From Macrostomum hystrix (taxonomy: Eukaryota; Animalia; Platyhelminthes): 64,000 nt of DNA. The notes under the pieces are model-generated. The model saw only the letters and a list, made by a program, of their open reading frames with translations. It ran no database searches and was not told the origin of the DNA. This document shows, piece by piece, positions 25,201-38,061 of the stretch. The translations under genes were made by a program, and so were the position numbers. The stretch covers positions 8,680,001 through 8,744,000 of the forward strand of contig CATNEN010000025.1 in NCBI GenBank assembly GCA_950097015.1. Reading direction: 5' to 3'. Position 1 is the stretch's first letter, and each line of letters starts with the position of its first letter.

Positions 25201-28200
25201 AAGCTGACAACTCGCCTAATTCCCTGCTGCCACCTTGAGCTCTACCCCAGCTCCGCTAAAAGAATACACGGCATACTCTCAGCTGTTTCCCTTCGTGGGA
25301 TAATGGCTTTAAGCCAATGTGGCAAAGCACATGTGTCAAAAATATATGGGAAAATATATATAAAACTTAATGTCAAGAAGACTAGAAGAACAAGTTGTAC
25401 TTTTCAAAAAATTCACAGCATAAAAGCCTTTATATTCACAGAAAAGACTCAAGGAAGACACACACAGAAGACACTTACAGAAGACACTCACAGAAGACAC
25501 TCACAGAAGACACTCACAGAAGACACTCACAGAAGACACACACAGAAGACACTCACAGAAGACACTCACAGAAGACACTCACAGAAGACACTCACAGAAG
25601 ACACTCACAGAAGACACTCACAGAAAACATAAGCTTTGCACCTATTTAAGCTGCTCATTGCGATACAGATGCATGAAATGGCATCAGGTGACTGGTGATA
25701 TCGATCAACAATTAGCAATAAGACAACACGGCATTTATTTTGCAGTGAAAGGCAGGGAGACAAAAACGCGGATATCTTGACGCATCTGATGCCACAGCGC
25801 TGCAGTTTGTGCGACTAAATTATTTATCTGGCGACTTTGCATTCACGGAGAGGAACGCCAAAACCCTGCGCCACCTGCCTCCTCCCCCCCCAATGGGGCA
25901 AGAGAGACGAGAAGAGTAGAGTAGGCTGATGGAGGGAGAGAGAATGGAACAAGCTAGAGACAAGGCCGGGTGCACAGCTCACAACTCATTGGCGGCTCTG
26001 GGGCTCCCCAGCGGGACAGTTTTAATTCAATCGACTCAGCTCGTTCCACCACTGGTTGGAGACTGGATTGTGTGCCTGTGGGCCAGGGCAGCTGGTAAGT
26101 TATTAATTAGGCAATCCTGCTTCTCGGCGACTGTACAGCTGCAGGCATTTTGCCCGTGGTGACATTTCATTTGCTACGCATTTTGACGGTGCAGCTTTGT
26201 GATCAAAGGGCATTGATCAAATATTCACTGCAGTATGGCTCCACTTTCAACAACATCTTCAATCAACTGAAAATACTAAGACTGATTTGACTGGACATTG
26301 TCCCACCTTAATTCCCAGATGTATTCTATGCGAATTCGATTGACTCAAGAAAACTTGAAAAACCCACGAAAAATACTGAAAGTACCTGGCTGAATGCCAG
26401 ATATCTGACACATTTCAGTGACCTGACTCATTTCAGTGACCTGACACATTTCAGTGACCTGACTCATTTCAGTTACCTGACACATTTCAGTTACCTGACT
26501 CATTTCAGTTACCTGACACATTTCAGTTACCTGACACAATTCAGCAATCTGACACAATTCAGCAATCTGACACAATTCAACAATCTGACACAATTCAACA
26601 ATCTGACACAATACAGCAATTTGACACAATTCAGCAATCTGACACAATTCAGCAATCTGACACAATTCAACAATCTGACACAATTCAACAATCTGACACA
26701 ATTCAACAATCTGACACAATTCAGCAATCTGACACAATTCAGCAATCTGACACAATTCAACAATCTGACACAATTCAGCAATCTGACACAATTCAACAAT
26801 CTGACACAATTCAACAATCTGACACAATTCAGCAATCTGACACAATTCAACAATCTGACACAATTCAGCAATCTGACACAATTCAACAATCTGACACAAT
26901 ACAGCAATTTGACACAATTCAACAATCTGACACAATACAGCAATTTGACACAATACAGCAATCTGACACAATTCAACAATTTGACACAATTCAGCCATCT
27001 GACACAATTCAACAATCTGACACAATTCAGCAATCTGACACAATTCAACAATCTGACACAATACAGCAATTTGACACAATTCAACAATCTGACACAATAC
27101 AGCAATTTGACACAATTCAGCAATCTGACACAATTCAACAATCTGACACAATTGAACAATCTGACACAATTCAGCAATCTGACACAATTCAACAATCTGA
27201 CACAATTCAGCAATCTGACACAATTCAACAATCTGACACAATTCAACAATCTGACACAATTCAGCAATTTGACACAATTCAACAATCTGACACAATACAG
27301 CAATTTGACACAATTCAACAATCTGACACAATTCAACAATCTGACACAATTCAGCAATCTGACACAATTCAACAATCTGACACAATTCAACAATCTGACA
27401 CAATTCAACAATCTGACACAATTCAACAATCTGACACAATTCAGCAATCTGACACAATTCAACAATCTGACACAATTCAACAATCTGACACAATTCAGCA
27501 ATCTGACACAATTCAACAATCTGACACAATTCAACAATCTGACACAATTCAGCAATCTGACACAATTCAACAATCTGACACAATTCAGCAATCTGACACA
27601 ATTCAACAATCTGACACAATACAGCAATTTGACACAATTCAACAATCTGACACAATTCAGCAATCTGACACAATTCAGCAATCTGACACAAATTAGCAAT
27701 CTGACACAATTCAACAATCTGACACAATTCAGCAATCTGACACAATTCAGCAATCTGACACATTTCAGTGACCTGACACAATTCAGCAATCTGACACATT
27801 TCAGTGACCTGACACAATTCAGCAATCTGACACATTTCAGTGACCTGACTCATTTCAGTGACCTGGCACAGTTCAGTTACCTGACTCATTTCAGTGACCT
27901 GACACAGTTCAGTTACCTGACACAATTCAGCAATCTGACACAATTCAGCAATCTGACACATTTCAGTGACCTGACACAATTCAGCAATCTGACACATTTC
28001 AGTGACCTGACACAATTCAGCAATCTGACACAATTTCAATGACCTGACACAATTCAGCAATCTGACACATTTCAGTGACCTGACTCATTTCAGTGACCTG
28101 GCACAGTTCAGTTACCTGACTCATTTCAGTGACCTGACACATTTCAGTGACCTGACCCATTTCAGTTACCTGACACATTTCAGTTACCTGACTCATTTCA

Positions 28201-31200
28201 GTTACCTGACTCATTTCAGTTACCTGACACATTTCAGTGACCTGACTCATTTCAGTTACCTGACACATTTCAGTTACCTGACTCATTTCAGTGACCTGAC
28301 ACATTTCAGTTACCTGACTCATTTCAGTGACCTGACACATTTCAGTTACCTGACTCATTTCAGTGACCTGACACATTTCAGTTACCTGACTCATTTCAGT
28401 GACCTGACACATTTCAGTTACCTGACTCATTTCAGTGACCTGACACAGTTCAGTTACCTGACTCATTTCAGTTACCTGACTCATTTCAGTGACCTGACTC
28501 ATTTCAGTGACCTGACACAGTTCAGTTACCTGACACATTTCAGTTACCTGACTCATTTCAGTGACCTGACTCATTTCAGTGACCCGACTCATTTCAGTGA
28601 CCTAAAACATTTCAGTGACCTAAAACATTTCAGTTACCTGACTCATTTCAGTGACCTGACTCATTTCAGTGACCTGACACAGTTCAGTTACCTGACTCAT
28701 TTCAGTTACCTGACACATTTCAGTGACCTGACTCATTTCAGTGACCTGACACATTTCAGTTACCTGACTCATTTCAGTGACCTGACACATTTCAGTTACC
28801 TGACTCATTTCAGTGACCTGACACATTTCAGTTACCTGACTCATTTCAGTGACCTGACACAGTTCAGTTACCTGACTCATTTCAGTGACCTGACACATTT
28901 CAGTTACCTGACTCATTTCAGTGACCTGACACATTTCAGTTACCTGACTCATTTCAGTGACCTGACACATTTCAGTTACCTGACTCATTTCAGTGACCTG
29001 ACACAGTTCAGTTACCTGACTCATTTCAGTTACCTGACTCATTTCAGTGACCTGACTCATTTCAGTGACCTGACACAGTTCAGTTACCTGACACATTTCA
29101 GTTACCTGACTCATTTCAGTGACCTGACTCATTTCAGTGACCTGACTCATTTCAGTTACCTGACTCATTTCAGTGACCTGACTCATTTCAGTGACCTGAC
29201 ACATTTCAGTTACCTGACTCATTTCAGTGACCTGACACATTTCAGTTACCTGACTCATTTCAGTGACCTGACACAGTTCAGTTACCTGACTCATTTCAGT
29301 GACCTGACTCATTTCAGTGACCTGACACAGTTCAGTTACCTGACACATTTCAGTTACCTGACTCATTTCAGTGACCTGACTCATTTCAGTTACCTGACTC
29401 ATTTCAGTGACCTGACACAGTTCAGTTACCTGACACATTTCAGTTACCTGACTCATTTCAGTGACCTGACTCATTTCAGTGACCTGGCTCATTTCAGTGA
29501 CCTAAAACATTTCAGTGACCTAAAACATTTCAGTTACCTGACTCATTTCAGTGACCTGACACATTTCAGTTACCTGACTCATTTCAGTGACCTGACTCAT
29601 TTCAGTGACCTGACACAGTTCAGTTACCTGACTCATTTCAGTGACCTGACTCAGTTCAGTTACCTGACTCATTTCAGTGACCTGACACAGTTCAGTTACC
29701 TGACTCATTTCAGTGACCTGACACAGTTCAGTTTCAGTTCTCAAAACTCAGTTATCATTAGTTATAACTTCAGTTATCATTACCAAAAATTCAGTTAATG
29801 GATTTTGACGGATACATCGGCCCAATACAATGCAGAACGAACGAAGAGTGTAAAATACTCACTGATTAAAAATATTCTTTGATAATTTCTCCTTTAATAT
29901 ATAGTGCACTGGGAGCGCCGACAGTAGCAATAAAAGTAAAACTAGAGTAGTACGCATTCGTATAAACCTTGGAGCTTGCACTCAGTAAGAATCCGAAATC
30001 TTATGAAATAAATTTGCATGTAATAAATGAGATTGCTCTCTTGAAAGCACTGCGTTAATCCCCGTGATTTCTGCGTCAGTTTTTGGCTGCATCGACCTAT
30101 GCCCTAAGCGGCATTCAGAAAGCCAATATTAATTCAAGAAGACAGAAGACACTCACAGAAGACACTCACAGAAGACACTCACAGAAGACACTCACAGAAG
30201 ACACTCACATAAAACACTCACAGAAGACACTCACAGAAGACACTCGCTGAAGTCATTTACAGAAGACACTCACAGAAGACACTCACAGAAGACACTCACA
30301 GAAGACACTCACAGAAGACACTCACAGAAGACACTCACATAAAACACTCACAGAAGACACTCACAGAAGACACTCGCTGAAGTCATTTACAGAAGACACT
30401 CACAGAAGACACTCACAGAAGACACTCACAGAAGACACTCACAGAAGACACTCACAGAAGACACTCACAGAAGACACTCACATAAAACACTCACAGAAGA
30501 CACTCACAGAAGACACTCGCTGAAGTCATTTACAGAAGACACTCACAGAAGACACTCACAGAAGACACTCACAGAAGACACTCACAGAAGACACTCACAG
30601 AAGACACTCACAGAAGACACTCACAGAAGACACTCACAGAAGACACTCACAGAAGACACTCACAGAAGACACTCACAGAAGACACTCACAGAAGACACTC
30701 ACAGAAGACACTCACAGAAGACACTCACATAAAACACTCACAGAAGACACTCACAGAAGACACTCGCTGAAGTCATTTACAGAAGACACTCACAGAAGAC
30801 ACTTACAGAAGACACTCACAGAAGACACTCACACAAGACACTCACAGAAGACACTCACAGAAGACACTATCAGAAGACACTCACAGAAGACACTCACATA
30901 AAACACTTACAGAAGACACTCGCTGAAGACACTCACAGAAGATACTTACTGGTGAGATAGTTAAGACTAAGACTGAGCCAGGTCGGACTCTCAGAGTTGT
31001 CAAACGCAGGTGCCAAAAATTGCTCACCTTGATGGCCCGCATCTTCCTGCTGACGACCTGAGTAAGCTTCTTGGCCAGGTTCTTCACCTCCTGGGCAGCC
31101 GAGGTGTTCCTGACCCGAAAGGCGCCCTGCTGATGAGCCTTCTCATACTCCTGCGGTTTTGAGAAGCAAAAAAAGTTTCGCGCCTGCTTGGCGGAACAGA

Positions 31201-34200
31201 ACATCCGGGTTTAAGCCTCTTCAACTGGCACAGAAGAGAATTCAAGAGAAGAAAAATAATTCAGATAAGTTTAGCTAGAGCCAATTGGCTATGGGCGAAC
31301 CCGGCATCATGGGGTGGGGAGTTGGCAGGTGTTGAGATTAGAGTTCTTGGCTTAAGAAAAAGTCCTCTGCCATAGTATAGTTCTCTCCGTGATCCCAAGT
31401 CGTGCATTCGCAATTTATTCAGCATAATATTCTGCACAATGCTCGCTTTGCTTAGTATCGATGAAGCGTACGTATTTACAAGCTCGGGCCTATGATTAAT
31501 TCTGCGATTCCACCAATTCAACCGGCATGTGACTTCTAGGAGAGCCGCTGACGGGGCTCGCGATGATGCTAGAAGAGAACGATGACTAGTTAGGTAGAAA
31601 GTGAAGAGAGAACATGAGAAAAGGCATTATAGTGAGAAGCCTTGCAAATTGAGAGCCTGATGACGAACATACCTGCCCAGGTTTGACTTGACAGGGGTCA
31701 GGGCGCTGTGTGACAACAAGACTGACAGTCTCCTGTTATGTGACCACTCTCAGACTCCAGGTGACCCACCCCACGAAAGGTCGGTTCTTCCAAAAGCCAA
31801 AGCTGGGAGAACTGATGAAACGGAGAGCGTGAGAAGTACTAGAAAACTAGAAGGTCTTGAGTGCTGGGCGCCGCGACAGGGATCGATCTGACGAGCGTGC
31901 CACCTCTGCTGGGATGAAACTCGCGGGCCTCTTAACTGCTCCCCTCTCTCACTACCTCACTACCTACTCTAGTTCTCAAGCCTTTCCAAGAGCCCTGTGC
32001 TCCAAGAGGTGCCCATTAGCTGCCCCCAGTGTCGATAATCGATTCGAGTCACCGCTCGCACAGAGGTCCGTAAGGGTGTAAGGGTGGCAGGGTGAAATGT
32101 TAGTGCCTTATCCGGGTCTGACTGCAAAATGTCCGAACTGAAAATAGGAAACCGGATGTGAAGCACTGGCTCTCACCTGTTGCACCCGCAACCAATTGCT
32201 CTGACGGATGAAGGTCTGGCGCAGCAGCTCGGAGCCCGTGGCTGCCTGCTGCCGGAGTCTGCAAATTTTGAAGCAGGAGGGCTGGTTGAAAATGACTAAG
32301 CGCAACCATCATTTAGCTCTCTCATGACAATGAGCTCTCATGACAATGAGCTCTCATGACAATGAGCTCTCATGACAATGAGCTCTCATGACAATGAGCT
32401 CTCATGACAATGAGCTCTCATGACAATGAGCTCTCATGACAATGAGCTCTCATGACAATGAGCTCTCATGACAATGAGCTCTCATGACAATGAGCTCTCA
32501 TGACAATGAGCTCTCATGACAATGAGCTCTCATGACAATGAGCTCTCATGACAATGAGCTCTCATGACAATGAGTTTACTCGTGACAGTCCCGGGACATT
32601 TATAAATTTCTTATGGTTTCCTTTGACTAGGACATTAAGTCATCTACAAATTTCCCCGAACGAAAATGTAGTCCTTTTTTTAATCTATGAATAAATTTCA
32701 GTTTAAGATCAAGCGAACGAGTCGCTGTCATGCCTAATTCGCTTCTCATGTCTAATCCAGGCCGAGAGTTTCCAGAATCAGGTCCACCTTAGCATTTTTC
32801 TCTTGCCAATCGACGAGTATTCCACGAGGAAACTTCAAAATTTGAAGACACAGAACAAAAATAGGCTCCAAATGGAAGCAGTTTCATTGCAGTTTCATTT
32901 TTCAGTAATTAGCATTCAGAAGAATTTCTTGGCATATACATCTGTATTTGAGCATATCATTGCTTTGAGCACACTCCAGAAATTTCCGCCTGTGCGTGTC
33001 TGCATGTGCTCAGCTAGAGCAGATACGGGATCTGCTGCGGCTTGGCAGACACTCAAGCAGCTCAAGCAGCTAGCAGCGGCAGATACGGGGAAAGAGAGCG
33101 AAAGTGAGAAGGACTGGAGAGTGCCACGTGGAATGAGCCTGTTCTTTAAGTGCAAACATCTTTGCCAACCAGCCTCCCACCCGCCGCCTTCCCTGCGACA
33201 TAGCATCGCATCTTTATGAAGGGTGCCGTGTTTGTCAGGAGGCAAGCACCGTAATTGCTGGGGCTTGGCTAAAGATGAATAGCTGGACATGCCGGTAAAT
33301 GGAATACAGTGAAGTAAATGAGATAGGGAGCGCGCGGCAATGTCCCTTTGATGCCCGAGACCAACGCGATACATCGCCATACGCGACTTCTCAAATTCTC
33401 TGCTCATTTTCGCCTCGCAAGAGCCAAGTATGTCGTCTTTGAAAGTAGGTCGAAAAAAGTAAAATATAAATCAATAAATGCATGTGTTAGCGCTTAACCA
33501 CACTCAGTGTTATACTTGTTGCACAACAGGAGTCATCTGTGTTGGTACAGCTTTTGCAACAGCACCAGCCATGAAGTATGAGAGGTTTTTCTGAGAGCTA
33601 CATCAACAAGATTCGGTGTCAAATGACCGCCTAGAAACCACATCCTGATAGTTGCATCAATGAGACTTCGGTGTCAAATGACGCCCTAGCAAATACCTTC
33701 CGAGAGTTACATCAATGAGACTTCGGTGTCAAATGACCCCCTAGCAAATACCTTCCGAGAGTTACATCAATGAGACTTCGGTGTCAAATGGCGCCCTAGC
33801 AAATACCTTCCGAGAGTTACATCAATGAGACTTCGGTGTCAAATGACGCCCTAGCAAATACCTTCCGAGAGTTACATCAATGAGACTTCGGTGTCAAATG
33901 ACGCCCTAGCAAATACCTTCCGAGAGTTACATCAATGAGACTTCGGTGTCAAATGACGCCCTAGCAAATACCTTCCGAGAGTTACATCAATGAGACTTCG
34001 GTGTCAAATGACGCCCTAGCAAATACCTTCCGAGAGTTACATCAATGAGACTTCGGTGTCAAATGACGCCCTAGCAAATACCTTCCGAGAGTTACATCAA
34101 TGAGACTTCGGTGTCAAATGACCCCCTAGCAAATACCTTCCGAGAGTTACATCAATGAGACTTCGGTGTCAAATGGCGCCCTAGCAAATACCTTCCGAGA

Positions 34201-36062
34201 GTTACATCAATGAGACTTCGGTGTCAAATGACGCCCTAGCAAATACCTTCCGAGAGTTACATCAATGAGACTTCGGTGTCAAATGGCGCCCTAGCAAATA
34301 CCTTCCGAGAGTTACATCAATGAGACTTCGGTGTCAAATGACGCCCTAGCAAATACCTTCCGAGAGTTGCATCAATGAGACTTCGGTGTCAAATGACGCC
34401 CTAGCAAATACCTTCCGAGAGTTACATCAATGAGACTTCGGTGTCAAATGACGCCCTAGCAAATACCTTCCGAGAGTTACATCAATGAGACTTCGGTGTC
34501 AAATGACGCCCTAGCAAATACCTTCCGAGAGTTACATCAATGAGACTTCGGTGTCAAATGGCGCCCTAGCAAATACCTTCCGAGAGTTACATCAATGAGA
34601 CTTCGGTGTCAAATGGCGCCCTAGCAAATACCTTCCGAGAGTTACATCAATGAGACTTCGGTGTCAAATGGCGCCCTAGCAAATACCTTCCGAGAGTTAC
34701 ATCAACAAGATTCGGTGTCAAATGACGCCCTAGCAAATACCTTCCGAGAGTTACATCAATGAGACTTCGGTGTCAAATGGCGCCCTAGCAAATACCTTCC
34801 GAGAGTTACATCAATGAGACTTCGGTGTCAAATGGCGCCCTAGCAAATACCTTCCGAGAGTTACATCAATGAGACTTCGGTGTCAAATGGCGCCCTAGCA
34901 AATACCTTCCGAGAGTTACATCAATGAGACTTCGGTGTCAAATGACGCCCTAGCAAATACCTTCCGAGAGTTACATCAATGAGACTTCGGTGTCAAATGG
35001 CGCCCTAGCAAATACCTTCCGAGAGTTACATCAATGAGACTTCGGTGTCAAATGACGCCCTAGCAAATACCTTCCGAGAGTTACATCAATGAGACTTCGG
35101 TGTCAAATGACGCCCTAGCAAATACCTTCCGAGAGTTACATCAATGAGACTTCGGTGTCAAATGACCCCCTAGCAAATACCTTCCGAGAGTTACATCAAT
35201 GAGACTTCGGTGTCAAATGACGCCCTAGCAAATACCTTCCGAGAGTTACATCAATGAGACTTCGGTGTCAAATGACGCCTTAATCTTTGATAGATTTTCA
35301 GTGAGAATAGCCAGAAAGAATAACTATAATTGAAATTTTATGTATTCAACGCAATAGAGAACTTTGCACAGCTTCAACAAACCAAAGCTTGCTGACCTGA
35401 ATTGATAATTCAGCCGCCTGCCAAATGTAAAAACAGCTAAAAAATCGGTCTGTTTTCAATTCACCGGAGAGGCTTCTCAATAACAGAAAGTAGAAAGTTC
35501 TGAATGGAGTTGCAGATTCAGCCGAAGTCATTAATAATATAGCTTGCGCGTAGGTTTTTGTCCCTCGGTCTGCGAGTTCTATTCTCACAACGCTATATCG
35601 GCTTTGGCCCTACGAGAAAGTCGCTGGTCCAAAAATCTCCACTTTTGATTTTAGGGAAGGAAAATCGGTCGCGACCTCCACGCCGGGCAGTTTCCTGGAA
35701 CATGCTCGAGGCCCTTCGACATTCGTGAAATGCTTCTACAGCGAAGCTATGAACAATTTTTCCTACACTTTTTTCGCAGCCCTCCAAATGAATAGCAGTG
35801 CACTTTAGTGTGCAGTCGATAAAGTCTTAATGCATGAGCTACTATGCAAAGTGATAGATGTCTGAATACCGGTGGTATGACTTGCAGGTCTGCAAAAATC
35901 ATGTGAATTGCTGGGAACACTTCATTAAAACTTCATGCGCTGGTGCGATAAAATACTAATTGTGATATTTTCCGTGTCTGCGAGGTCCCGTCCATTGTCA
36001 GCGCTGTTTGAGGCGGAAGAGATAAATATCAGATATGTTCTGAAAGCACTTTATCTGGGCTT

Positions 36063-36140
<78 letters not shown>

Positions 36141-36146
36141 CAGATG

Positions 36147-36184
<38 letters not shown>

Positions 36185-38061
36185 CAGACAGATAGATAGA
36201 TAGATATTGTGTCATAGCCGTGTGCTGCCTGTTGGTCATGACAAACGCATTAGCTTTATAAAAAATAATTTGATGTTTTCTGTCCACTACAAGATGGATA
36301 GCGCGCCAGCAAATGCATTCCCCTTCCCCATCCATGTCGCTATTTATCCCAGCTCTGTATGATCGGCCCCAACAAACTAGGAGTGAAGAGTGTTGGGATC
36401 TTTTGTCCATTATACTTTCTGCTAATCGATATGGGCTAAAACCTGTCCCGCTTTACTGGCCTGCCCTGAGCTCTGGCAGCCTCAACGGACCATTAAACAG
36501 CGGCCCACTTTACGAGGAAGCATAAAATATTTGATGGCCCCCTCAGCTTTTGCTGGTCGCAATGCGGACGCGAAACATGCCGCAGCGCCTCCATAATCCC
36601 CTTTCTGGGCTCGTGTGGAGACATTTCTCGCAAGTGATCCACATAGAAATCACTAGCTGGGCTGATTCAAACAGAAAAAAGATAAATAAATGCATGTGGG
36701 TGAATACTAGCGCACACTAGCTCGAAGACCTGGGCGAAACCGCTCCACAGCCTACGGCAAGGAGGGCGAAATCGTGACCATTCCGCTGGATCCACTGAGC
36801 AAATTCAAATTCAAGCACATCAAAGCTGTCACTAAAAAGTGACACTTGCACCATTCGAGTCTATGAGATTGCGAGGCACAGCTCAGCGTATTTTTTTGTG
36901 CATTCCTTAACTGATTATCGACTCGACAACCAGCTTCGAACTTCTTACAGAGAGTTCGGGAGTTCGAATCGAAATTCTTACCGAGAGGTCGGGAGTTCGA
37001 ATCGACATTCTTACAGAGAGTTCGGGAGTTCGAATCGAAATTCTTACCGAGAGGTCGGGAGTTCGAATCGAAATTCTTACCGAGAGGTCGGGAGTTCGAG
37101 ACGGACTTCTTACTAAGAGGTCGGGAGTTCGAGTCGGACTTGTTACCAAGAGGTCGGGAGCTTGAATCTCAACCTAAGGCAAAGTTGTATCCTTAGCAAG
37201 ACACTTAACTCTCTAGTGCTTCAGTTCATACAGCATCAGCTGGGGTAGAAATTCTGAGTTGGGTGTGGCGGCCTCCTCAGTCCATGGACTTAGCAGTTGT
37301 ACATATCCACGTACTTGCACATTGTGCACATCCTATTCTGCAAGCACTTGAACAAATGTGGTTAAAAATGTTTAAAATAAGAAAATGTCCCTTAGAATTA
37401 AAAATCTGACGGCCTGACTCGTCAAAAAAGCGGAGCGAAATTCTTCATAGAGCCGCTAAAAGACATTTCGTCAGTGACCTCCTCGCCTTCCATTGCCAGG
37501 ACATCCCCTCCCCTCCTTCCTAGTCCGCCCTGGTTCCTGTCTCATTAGGCGCGATTATTATCCGCCGAGGACCGGTGGCGTACGACACCCTCCCTCCCTC
37601 CCTCCTCTGCCTCTGTCTCGCTCATTAAAACTGCATCTCATCTCAGCCGCAAGCGACCAAGTACGAACAGTTCAGCTGTTTGTTGGTCGCTTGAAACTGC
37701 ATGCCCTGTGTTTTTATATAGTTTTAATTGTAGGATTGAAGACTAATATGTATTTCTTGCACATGATTGCGTGTCCGTCAGCCTGCTCAGGGCCTTTTTC
37801 ATTAACAGCTGTTACTACAGTCCCTCTCTCCCCTCCCCTGTCCCCAGTTACAAGATCGACTAATATGTATTGATAACTAACTCGTTGAATTGAAAATTCA
37901 CATGGAACAGTGTGACATGCTGTCTGTTAAAATAGGCATAATTTTTAATCGACTCCAGTCACAATAGCCGCAGACACTCACTCATCGATGGTTGCAGGAC
38001 CAGCTGCCACAGCCGAGAAGGAGCAGCAGACAAAAACAAGCAGCGATTTGAAGCCAGCCAT
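10283..38061 (-). CDS. CACNA2D: Voltage-gated calcium channel auxiliary subunit alpha2delta, complete, 24 exons, ~1256 aa
   Basis: Exons (-): 38061-37982, 32258-32177, 31150-31028, 23804-23609, 23533-23402, 23314-23254, 22913-22863, 22150-22051, 21582-21451, 21372-21283, 20945-20802, 20465-20387, 20183-20134, 18749-18666, 18578-18531, 18150-17998, 17760-17531, 17446-16653, 16527-16300, 16211-16063, 15760-15684, 14569-14288, 11344-11056, 10399-10283. All introns are GT-AG with matching phases (3771 nt). Signal peptide [20 protein letters not shown]; [12 protein letters not shown]; VWA VDTSGSMHG and IFTDG; Cache [13 protein letters not shown]; EYDYQGSC; C-terminal ECG followed by a hydrophobic GPI-type tail. 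The exon 1-2 assignment is the least certain. Confidence 0.93.
10435..11030. repeat. 27-bp minisatellite with higher-order variants, filling the last alpha2delta intron
   Basis: Unit AAAATGTCACTCTCTAAGATTCACTCT. Confidence 0.95.
11385..11915. repeat. 19-bp minisatellite (intronic)
   Basis: Unit CCACCTGTTATCTATCAC(T/G). Confidence 0.95.
13190..13922. repeat. 16-bp purine-rich minisatellite (intronic)
   Basis: Unit GAGAGATGAGACA(C/G)GG. Confidence 0.97.
14610..15655. repeat. ~21-bp minisatellite filling most of an alpha2delta intron
   Basis: Unit TCTGATATTGGTCACTCCACA with variants. Confidence 0.95.
15870..15990 (-). repeat. Dispersed repeat family (AATATTCAACCAATCGCC core), copy 1
   Basis: Reverse-complement similarity to 22230-22440, 48820-49015 and 59365-59525. 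Confidence 0.6.
19243..19560 (+). mobile_element. SINE family 1, near full length
   Basis: Head GGGGTGAGTGGCAGAGCGG (A box), shared body, degenerate ATT tail. Confidence 0.8.
19680..19870 (-). mobile_element. SINE family 1, diverged 5' half, inverted relative to the copy at 19243
   Basis: CATCTGACCTGACTTTTTCATTGTCAG..GTGTACACTC..TGTGCC is the reverse complement of the family body. Confidence 0.6.
22230..22440 (+). repeat. Dispersed repeat family, copy 2
   Basis: AAATATTCAACCAATCGCCATGA..GATGAAACAACTTCCAGAAT..CATCGGCATCG..GAGATATTC is shared with 48880-49015 and 59445-59520. Confidence 0.7.
23040..23185 (-). mobile_element. SINE family 1 fragment
   Basis: GCATGACAAGCCCCCAAAGCCTTCTC..GACCTCACCGCGGAATCGAGCTC matches 56880-56960. 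Confidence 0.65.
24300..24510. repeat. 17-bp degenerate minisatellite
   Basis: Unit CATTGACCTCCTTGGGG. Confidence 0.85.
25455..25625. repeat. 14-bp minisatellite, copy A (~12 units)
   Basis: Unit CAGAAGACACTCAC, the same as 30143-30945. Confidence 0.95.
26398..29735. repeat. 3.3-kb 18-bp satellite with two subfamilies and higher-order structure
   Basis: Units ATCTGACACAATTCA(G/A)CA (~26530-27760) and CCTGAC(T/A)CATTTCAGT(G/T)A (flanks and 28060-29735). A rare CTAAAACAT variant doublet recurs 900 bp apart (28602, 29502). Confidence 0.98.
30143..30945. repeat. 14-bp minisatellite, copy B (~55 units, higher-order blocks)
   Basis: Unit CAGAAGACACTCAC; the variant block CATAAAACAC..CGCTGAAGTCATTTA recurs. 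Confidence 0.97.
32325..32575. repeat. 16-bp minisatellite, ~15 copies
   Basis: Unit TGACAATGAGCTCTCA. Confidence 0.97.
33600..35280. repeat. 55-bp minisatellite, ~30 near-identical copies
   Basis: Unit CATCAATGAGACTTCGGTGTCAAATG(A/G)CGCCCTAGCAAATACCTTCCGAGAGTTA, head to tail with no spacers. Confidence 0.98.
36063..36206. repeat. (GATA)n microsatellite
   Basis: Direct reading. Confidence 0.98.
36941..37300 (+). mobile_element. SINE family 2 copy whose tRNA-like head segment is amplified into seven 33-bp units
   Basis: Units TTCTTAC(C/A)GAGAG(G/T)TCGGGAGTTCGAATCGAAA. The last unit runs into CCTTAGCAAGACACTTAACTCT..TGCTTCAGTTCA, the core seen at 56460-56500 (-). Confidence 0.75.

Noticed and set aside
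26345-29744. Long ORFs of NLTQFS / CQIAEL / SQVTEM hexapeptides resembling mucin, antifreeze or adhesive proteins
   Set aside because: They are the translation of an 18-bp satellite that lacks stops in some frames. Both strands are open, there is no signal peptide or splice context, and the array lies in an intron.
33600-35280. CRISPR-like appearance of the 55-bp array (also the 48-, 43- and 32-bp arrays)
   Set aside because: Units are head to tail with no unique spacers, there are no cas genes, and the context is eukaryotic introns.
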